The notes under the pieces were generated by a model that had not been told where the DNA came from, did not search any database, and saw nothing but the letters and a program-made list of their open reading frames with translations. Below are positions 58,337-64,000 of a DNA stretch of 64,000 nucleotides, piece by piece. Positions within the stretch are counted from its first letter, which is position 1. Each line of letters begins with the position of its first letter. Origin of the DNA: an uncultured archaeon (GTDB taxonomy: Archaea > Asgardarchaeota > Lokiarchaeia > Sigyniarchaeales > SOKP01); NCBI GenBank assembly GCA_964486045.1, contig CAZALK010000004.1, positions 128,001 through 192,000 of the forward strand, in the 5' to 3' direction. The translations under genes were made by a program, and so were the position numbers.

Positions 58337-58382
58337 ATTGAGTTATTTCTTCAAAAAAAAAATAAGTAAAAAATATAAAAGT

Positions 58383-60368
58383 TTATTCTAAATTTCTGGC
58401 AAAAGTTTGAGCTTCCTTTATAGCTACTTCAATATCTCTAGGTTTTTTTCCATCACCAATGAGAACTATTTCGGGAGCTACACCTTCAAATTCTTCGTTT
58501 AATTTTTTGCCATGAGTAATGCGTGGACCACAGTAAACCAGAGTTTCAGCTTCAATTGATTGTTCTTCTCCGTTTTCATCAAGGAATTTCACTTCCTTTT
58601 CAGTAACATCTACTAACTTTGCATTCTTATATATGGGTATATCTTTTTTCTTTAAATAGTTGAGTAGCCAATGTCTTCTTCCCATATGGGTCTTAAGAAG
58701 CCCCGCGACAGTTTTTTCAGGACCAACAATAGCCTTCACATTATATCCTTCTTCTATAAGCGAGATTGCTGATTCTACTCCACCTCTCCAATACACTTCA
58801 AGTCCCCAAACTACAATATCCTTCCCCATAGGTTTAGTTTTTAATATCGACTCATCTTGAGTGACTACATTTGGTTTACCTTGTAAATTAACAGGAAGTG
58901 TTGCTTCTGAACCTGTAGCAAGCACTAAGATGTCAGGTTTTAATGCTGCGATTTCATCCTTGGTTAATTCCTTGTTTAAATGGATTGGAACACCAAGTTT
59001 TTTCAGTTGTGATTCGGTGTAGGTAACTGAATTCATAAAATCAGCTTTTCCAAACTCTGCAGCAACTAACGGGATTAATCCACCAACTTTATCAGACTTT
59101 TCATATATCTCAACCTCATGACCTCGGAGTTTTGAAACCCTTGCAGCTTCTAATCCGGCAATCCCTGCTCCTAATATAGTTATTTTCTTAGGGTTAGTTG
59201 AAGAAGTAAGTTCTTTGTAGTTTTGGGCACCAAATGCATCTTGTACACAATTCCGACCACAATTTTGCAAACATCCCATACAATGTCTAATCTCATCAGA
59301 ACGTCCGTCAAAATATTTATTTGGCGTTTCTGGATCACATATTAACTGCCGTCCCATATAAATTATATCTGCTTTTCCTTCTTGAATGAACTGATCTGCC
59401 ATTGCAGGGTCTATAATTCTTCCAACCCCGATAACGGGAATGTTAACCTCTTTCTTAATAGCTGCGGGGTTGTCCATAAAACATCCGTGTTTACAATAAG
59501 AAGGTATCTCGATACCAAACGGGGTTCGATATATAATACCTTGGGTTATATCTAGAACATCAGCACCTCCTTTTTCTAATGCCTTTGCTATTTCTATACC
59601 ATCTTCAATCCTGTTTCCCTCAGATATAAGTTCATCAGCAGAAAATCGTATAAAAATTGGATGTTCCGGACCTATTTTTTCTCTAATTTTTTGTATAGTT
59701 TCAGTATGAAAACGACACCTATTTTCTACAGATCCTCCGTATTCATCAGTTCTTTTATTAAGCCATGGGGATAAAAATGTAGCATGTGTCGTACCATGAC
59801 CAGAGTGAATGTCTACATAATCGAATCCCGCTTCAATAGCTCGGCGTGCTCCTTCTGCGAATTGATCTTCTATTGCGATAATTTGTTCTTTGGTAAAAGC
59901 TTGCATTTCAAAATTTCCACTTTTAATCTGATCAGGCCATGTTGGATCGGCTAACGTTACTGCAGCAGTAGCTTTTGCAATATCAACTTGAGATGGTCCA
60001 AAAGGGTTCCAAGTAGGATTAAAATTAAATAAATACTTCATAAAAACAAATCCGATTAAACTCGAGTTTGCAAGTTGCATTCCGATTTTTGCACCATAGC
60101 CATGTACCATATCAGTTAGCTTTTTATATGCTGGAATTTTGTCATCGTTCCCCATATTCGCACCTCCGGGACCTGCTTGGGGTTCAAGCCCGGTAGCTTC
60201 AAATGTTATTAATCCTGCTCCTCCTTGAGCTTTTAGCCTATGAATATTAAAGGTTCTAGGTGAAGGAGTACCTTTCCCGTCAGCTGAGAATGAAAGCATG
60301 GGTGGATATCCTAACCTGTTCTTTGCGGTCATTCCTCTAATTGTGATTGGATCACTTAATTTTGGCAT
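58383..60368 (-). CDS. OYE-FMN/4Fe-4S/FAD oxidoreductase (2,4-dienoyl-CoA reductase/BaiH-like), paralog 1
   Basis: NKRTDEYGGS..NR, CMGCLQNCGRNC, GAGIAGLEAA, LATGS, IGD. Confidence 0.9.
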   Translation of the reverse strand: MPKLSDPITIRGMTAKNRLGYPPMLSFSADGKGTPSPRTFNIHRLKAQGGAGLITFEATGLEPQAGPGGANMGNDDKIPAYKKLTDMVHGYGAKIGMQLANSSLIGFVFMKYLFNFNPTWNPFGPSQVDIAKATAAVTLADPTWPDQIKSGNFEMQAFTKEQIIAIEDQFAEGARRAIEAGFDYVDIHSGHGTTHATFLSPWLNKRTDEYGGSVENRCRFHTETIQKIREKIGPEHPIFIRFSADELISEGNRIEDGIEIAKALEKGGADVLDITQGIIYRTPFGIEIPSYCKHGCFMDNPAAIKKEVNIPVIGVGRIIDPAMADQFIQEGKADIIYMGRQLICDPETPNKYFDGRSDEIRHCMGCLQNCGRNCVQDAFGAQNYKELTSSTNPKKITILGAGIAGLEAARVSKLRGHEVEIYEKSDKVGGLIPLVAAEFGKADFMNSVTYTESQLKKLGVPIHLNKELTKDEIAALKPDILVLATGSEATLPVNLQGKPNVVTQDESILKTKPMGKDIVVWGLEVYWRGGVESAISLIEEGYNVKAIVGPEKTVAGLLKTHMGRRHWLLNYLKKKDIPIYKNAKLVDVTEKEVKFLDENGEEQSIEAETLVYCGPRITHGKKLNEEFEGVAPEIVLIGDGKKPRDIEVAIKEAQTFARNLE

Positions 60369-60532
60369 TTCTATACTTTTCTCCTTTTATTCACTTTTAT
60401 AATTTTATTTTTATAAATTGTCAAATACAAGTTCTTTTGTAAACTTTATTCAAAACATTAGAAAAAAGCGATATTTATTCTCAAAATAGTACAAAATAAA
60501 TTTGTAAATTTAAACTTAAAAAAAAGAAAAGT

Positions 60533-62506
60533 TTATTCTAATTCTCTCGCAAAATTTTGAGCATCTTTAAGAGCTTCTTGAATATTTCGAGGGCTCTTAC
60601 AATCTCCAATAAGAACAATCTGAGGTGCGGCACCTTCAAATCTTTCTTTTAGTTTCTTCCCGTTCGAAATACGGGCTCCACTATAGATAAGAGTGTCAGC
60701 TTCAATGAATTGTTCTTCTCCACTCTTATCAAGAAATTTTATGCCATTTTCAGTGAAGTCTATTAGTTTTGCTTTTGGATAAATTGGAATACTTTTTTCT
60801 TTTAAATATCTAATTATCCAAAACCTCCTTGCCCCTGGAAGAACTTGCCCAACTACCGATTCTGGCCCAATAAAGGCTTTCACATTATATCCTTCTTCAA
60901 TAAAAGATAGAATCGTTTCAGCCCCCCCATGCCAATATCCGTTTAATCCCCAAAGGACTACATTCTTACCAATTGGTTTACTTTTTAAAATCGCTTCATC
61001 TTGCGTTAGCACATTTTGTTTTCCTTTCAAATTCACTGGAATTGTCGCTTCTGAGCCTGCAGCTAATACTAATATGTCAGGATTTAGGGTAACTATTTCC
61101 TCTTTCGTCAATTCTTTATTAAGATGGATAGGTACTCCTGCTTTTTCTAATTGAGCCTCTAAGTAATCGGAAGCTTTTTTAAAATCCTCTTTTTTGTATT
61201 CTAATGCAAGAAGGGGCATTAAACCTCCTTTTTTATCTGATTTTTCATAAATCTCCACTTCATGCCCTCTAAGATTCGCTATTCTTGCAGCTTCCATCCC
61301 AGCAATTCCCGCCCCTAATACAACTATCTTTTTGGTATCTGTTGAGGCTGTAAGTTCTGTAAAATTTTGACCACTAAAAGCATCTTGCGCACAAACACTT
61401 CCACATCCCACTAAACACCCGATACAGCATCTTATATCGTCATATTTACCTTCAAAAAATTTATTTGGTGTATCAGGATCACATATCAATTGACGGGCAA
61501 GGTAAATTATGTCTGCCTTCCCTTGTTGGATAAAGGCATCAGCCATTTTTGGATTGTTAATTCTCCCGACGCCTATTACAGGTATATTAACATTTTTCTT
61601 TATCGCTTCAGCATAGTGAATGAAACCACCATGATCGATGTATGTAGGAATTGTTATACCAAACGGTGTCCGATAAATAACTCCTTGCGTAACATCAATA
61701 CAATCTACTCCTCCTTTTTCCAAAATTTTGGCTATTTCAACCGTATCTTCAATTCGATTTCCATTATCAACAAGCTCATCGGCAGAAATCCTTACAAAAA
61801 TGGGATATTTATCACCGATTTTCTTCCTTACCTTACCAACAGTCTCAAGCAGGAAACGACAACGATTTTCATAAGACCCTCCGTATTGATCAGTCCTTTT
61901 GTTTAAATAGGGAGATAAAAATGTATGATACAATGAACCATGACATGAATGAATTTCTACATAATCAAATCCCGCCTCAACACCATTTTTGGCACCAGCT
62001 GCAAACATATCTCCTATTCTATCCATATCTTCGACACTCAACACCTTGACTTCAGGATTATCTTTTGCTACTTTTTCCTTCCACTCCGGAATTAATAACT
62101 GAGCTGCTGAAATTGTTTCATACAAATCAACTTTTGATGGACCTATAGGTTGCATGTAAAATCCTGCCGCTTTGTAAAAATAATAAGTTATTAATCCCCC
62201 GTCAACTATCTGTACTCCCGTTTTTACACCGTATTTGTGGATCACATCGGTCATTTTTCGGTAATCTGGAATATTGTCGACTATCCCAATATTCGAACCA
62301 GTCCCACCAATACCTTTAGGATCAACCCCCGTTCCTTCATAAGTAATTAATCCTACTCCTCCACGAGCGATTCCTTCATAATGATTAAAAGTCTTCTGAG
62401 TTGGGCGTCCTTGTTTATCAGATGAACCTGTTAGACATGGAGCAAACCCCAATCGGTTTTTGATTTCCATCCCTCTTATGGTAATGGGATCAGTAATTCT
62501 AGGCAT
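60533..62506 (-). CDS. OYE-FMN/4Fe-4S/FAD oxidoreductase, paralog 2
   Basis: NKRTDQYGGS..NR, CIGCLVGCGSVC, GAGIAGMEAA, IGDC. Confidence 0.9.
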   Translation of the reverse strand: MPRITDPITIRGMEIKNRLGFAPCLTGSSDKQGRPTQKTFNHYEGIARGGVGLITYEGTGVDPKGIGGTGSNIGIVDNIPDYRKMTDVIHKYGVKTGVQIVDGGLITYYFYKAAGFYMQPIGPSKVDLYETISAAQLLIPEWKEKVAKDNPEVKVLSVEDMDRIGDMFAAGAKNGVEAGFDYVEIHSCHGSLYHTFLSPYLNKRTDQYGGSYENRCRFLLETVGKVRKKIGDKYPIFVRISADELVDNGNRIEDTVEIAKILEKGGVDCIDVTQGVIYRTPFGITIPTYIDHGGFIHYAEAIKKNVNIPVIGVGRINNPKMADAFIQQGKADIIYLARQLICDPDTPNKFFEGKYDDIRCCIGCLVGCGSVCAQDAFSGQNFTELTASTDTKKIVVLGAGIAGMEAARIANLRGHEVEIYEKSDKKGGLMPLLALEYKKEDFKKASDYLEAQLEKAGVPIHLNKELTKEEIVTLNPDILVLAAGSEATIPVNLKGKQNVLTQDEAILKSKPIGKNVVLWGLNGYWHGGAETILSFIEEGYNVKAFIGPESVVGQVLPGARRFWIIRYLKEKSIPIYPKAKLIDFTENGIKFLDKSGEEQFIEADTLIYSGARISNGKKLKERFEGAAPQIVLIGDCKSPRNIQEALKDAQNFARELE

Positions 62507-62575
62507 ATTTTTAATATCACCTTCTTTTGATTTTTGTAATTCGTAAAAATTAATAAAAAAATTGTAAAAAAAAAT

Positions 62576-63781
62576 TTAGCTTAAAGCTTGGTTTACTAAT
62601 TCTGTTAAATCTACCATTTTGATGGTTGAACCAAGAGCTGATATCGCGTCAGATAGGTTCCTATAGCAGAAAGGGCAAATACTCACTAAATAATCAGCGC
62701 CAGTTTCTTCAGCTTCCTGTACTCTACTCTTTGCAATCTCCAAAGCTAGTTCAGGAAAACCTTTCTTAACTCCTCCACCAGCACCACAACATTTGGCACT
62801 CTGTTTAATCGTTTTCATCTCTGTTAGATTCGCAATTTTCTTTAAGATCTCTCTTGGTTCTTCATAAACACCAATGTGTCGACCAGCATGGCACGGATCA
62901 TGGTATGTGACATTATAGCCTAAGTTCTTCAACTGTACATTCTTTTCTTTGATTAATTGATTTAAAAACTGAGCAGTATGTAGAACCTCAACTCCTAATT
63001 CTTCAAAACGATCAGCATAGTCTTTCTTTAAAGTTCTAAAACAACCTGAACAGCTTGTAACAATCTTTTTTACTCCACCCTTTTTAATGAGCTCATAATT
63101 TTTATTAGCAATCTCATTAAAGGCTTTTAGATCTCCTGTCCTCATTCCTACGCTTCCACAGCACACCTCATGCTCACCAAACACTGAAAAATCCACATCC
63201 AACTTTTTAAGAATTTGAGCAGTGTTAATAGCAACATTTTCTATATCTGGAGTTAATGCCGCAGTACATCCTACGAAAAATAGGTATTCTGCTTGCTCAT
63301 TATTAGCATCCTTGACTTTAAAATCAAGTTTTTCAATCCATTTACTTTTGAGTTTGTTATCTCTTTCATAAGGATTTAAAAGTTCAACCATTGCTTTATT
63401 CATAGGAACATGCGCTTCTAAACCACAACCCGCATCTACTAATTCCGCTCTTAATGCTTCAAACAACTCAACATTATCCATATCATAGGCACATGCTTCT
63501 GAGCAGGCGTTGCACGTTGGGCATTGGAAAATAACCTCACCCATTTCTTTGCTTAACTCCAGTTTGCCTTGCCATAAGGATCGAATTATCTGCATTTTTC
63601 CCCTTCCAAAATAAGGCTCAAATCCAGAAGTATGATCTCTGGAAACACATACACCCCATTTTGGTGGGTTAGCTGAAAAATCGGTTTGTTCTCTACAATC
63701 GCCACACGCAATACATTGCAAAACATTTGGACCAATTTCTGCCAAATGTTTAAATTTTACTTTTGGTTCAAATTCTGTCAT
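62576..63781 (-). CDS. Fe-S oxidoreductase with two CCG domains (HdrD/GlcF/GlpC-like)
   Basis: CIACGDC, CPTCNACSEAC, FVGC, EVCCG, YHDPCH, KCCGAGGG, CPFC. Confidence 0.92.
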   Translation of the reverse strand: MTEFEPKVKFKHLAEIGPNVLQCIACGDCREQTDFSANPPKWGVCVSRDHTSGFEPYFGRGKMQIIRSLWQGKLELSKEMGEVIFQCPTCNACSEACAYDMDNVELFEALRAELVDAGCGLEAHVPMNKAMVELLNPYERDNKLKSKWIEKLDFKVKDANNEQAEYLFFVGCTAALTPDIENVAINTAQILKKLDVDFSVFGEHEVCCGSVGMRTGDLKAFNEIANKNYELIKKGGVKKIVTSCSGCFRTLKKDYADRFEELGVEVLHTAQFLNQLIKEKNVQLKNLGYNVTYHDPCHAGRHIGVYEEPREILKKIANLTEMKTIKQSAKCCGAGGGVKKGFPELALEIAKSRVQEAEETGADYLVSICPFCYRNLSDAISALGSTIKMVDLTELVNQALS

Positions 63782-63791
63782 ATTTTCTCAT

Positions 63792-64000
63792 TCACTCCTC
63801 ATCTTTTACTATATATTTTGAAATATCATCATCATAACTATGTAGGTGAAATTTATTAGGACTTAATAAAAAGTCTGGATCTACGGTCTTTTTCATGTCT
63901 TTAAAAAATTGACTAAATTCAGGGGTATACGCACCCGCTTCAACAACAGATTGCGAGATCGATTCTCCAAGCCAATAATGAGCTGCACCATATTTTACTT
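63792..64000 (-). CDS. C-terminal part of a FAD-linked oxidase (GlcD-like), truncated by the window edge
   Basis: Manual translation ...FFKDMKKTVDPDFLLSPNKF...EE* fits the K..DP..LNPGK terminal motif; 10 nt upstream of the CCG protein. Confidence 0.7.
   Translation of the reverse strand, partial: VKYGAAHYWLGESISQSVVEAGAYTPEFSQFFKDMKKTVDPDFLLSPNKFHLHSYDDDISKYIVKDEE

Noticed and set aside
223-61906. Short overlapping or antisense ORFs in the track (e.g. 223-405, 2544-2819, 6274-6588, 29866-30282, 43536-43976, 54008-54241, 57353-57736, 61490-61906)
   Set aside because: They shadow well-supported genes on the opposite strand or frame and carry no motifs

Overview
AT-rich archaeal chromosomal segment, almost certainly Asgard (Lokiarchaeia/Promethearchaeota). 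Supporting markers are a Rab-like small GTPase, a FAM92/CIBAR-like BAR protein, a longin-domain protein, an IPGY-TM (Loki-CTERM-like) sorting remnant and many short-leader genes ending in U-tract terminators. Most genes serve heterotrophic lipid/ester and redox metabolism: five alpha/beta hydrolases, an acyl-CoA ligase, an enoyl-CoA hydratase, a thioesterase, SDRs, three OYE flavoenzymes, a sulfatase, MFS transporters, FeoAB, DsrEFH/TusDCB and a FAD/CCG oxidoreductase pair. Standout items: (1) a candidate arsenic-methylation regulon made of an 8-Cys MarR, an unannotated 47-aa Cys-rich peptide, a second SAM methyltransferase and ArsM, with a duplicated 33-bp operator-like motif and a 149-nt structured element upstream; (2) a PD-(D/E)xK nuclease-XPD/DinG helicase sandwiched between two mirror-ordered PIN/UPF0175 toxin-antitoxin pairs next to a bacterial-type Fpg; (3) eukaryotic-signature membrane-trafficking-like proteins, including a tandem PH/GRAM-winged helix-Zn ribbon protein; (4) two OYE-FeS paralogs with non-canonical active sites; (5) a Zn-ribbon-HEPN orphan among decayed genes. 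No rRNA, tRNA, CRISPR array or intact transposase was seen. All family calls are from motif recognition by eye, not from database searches.
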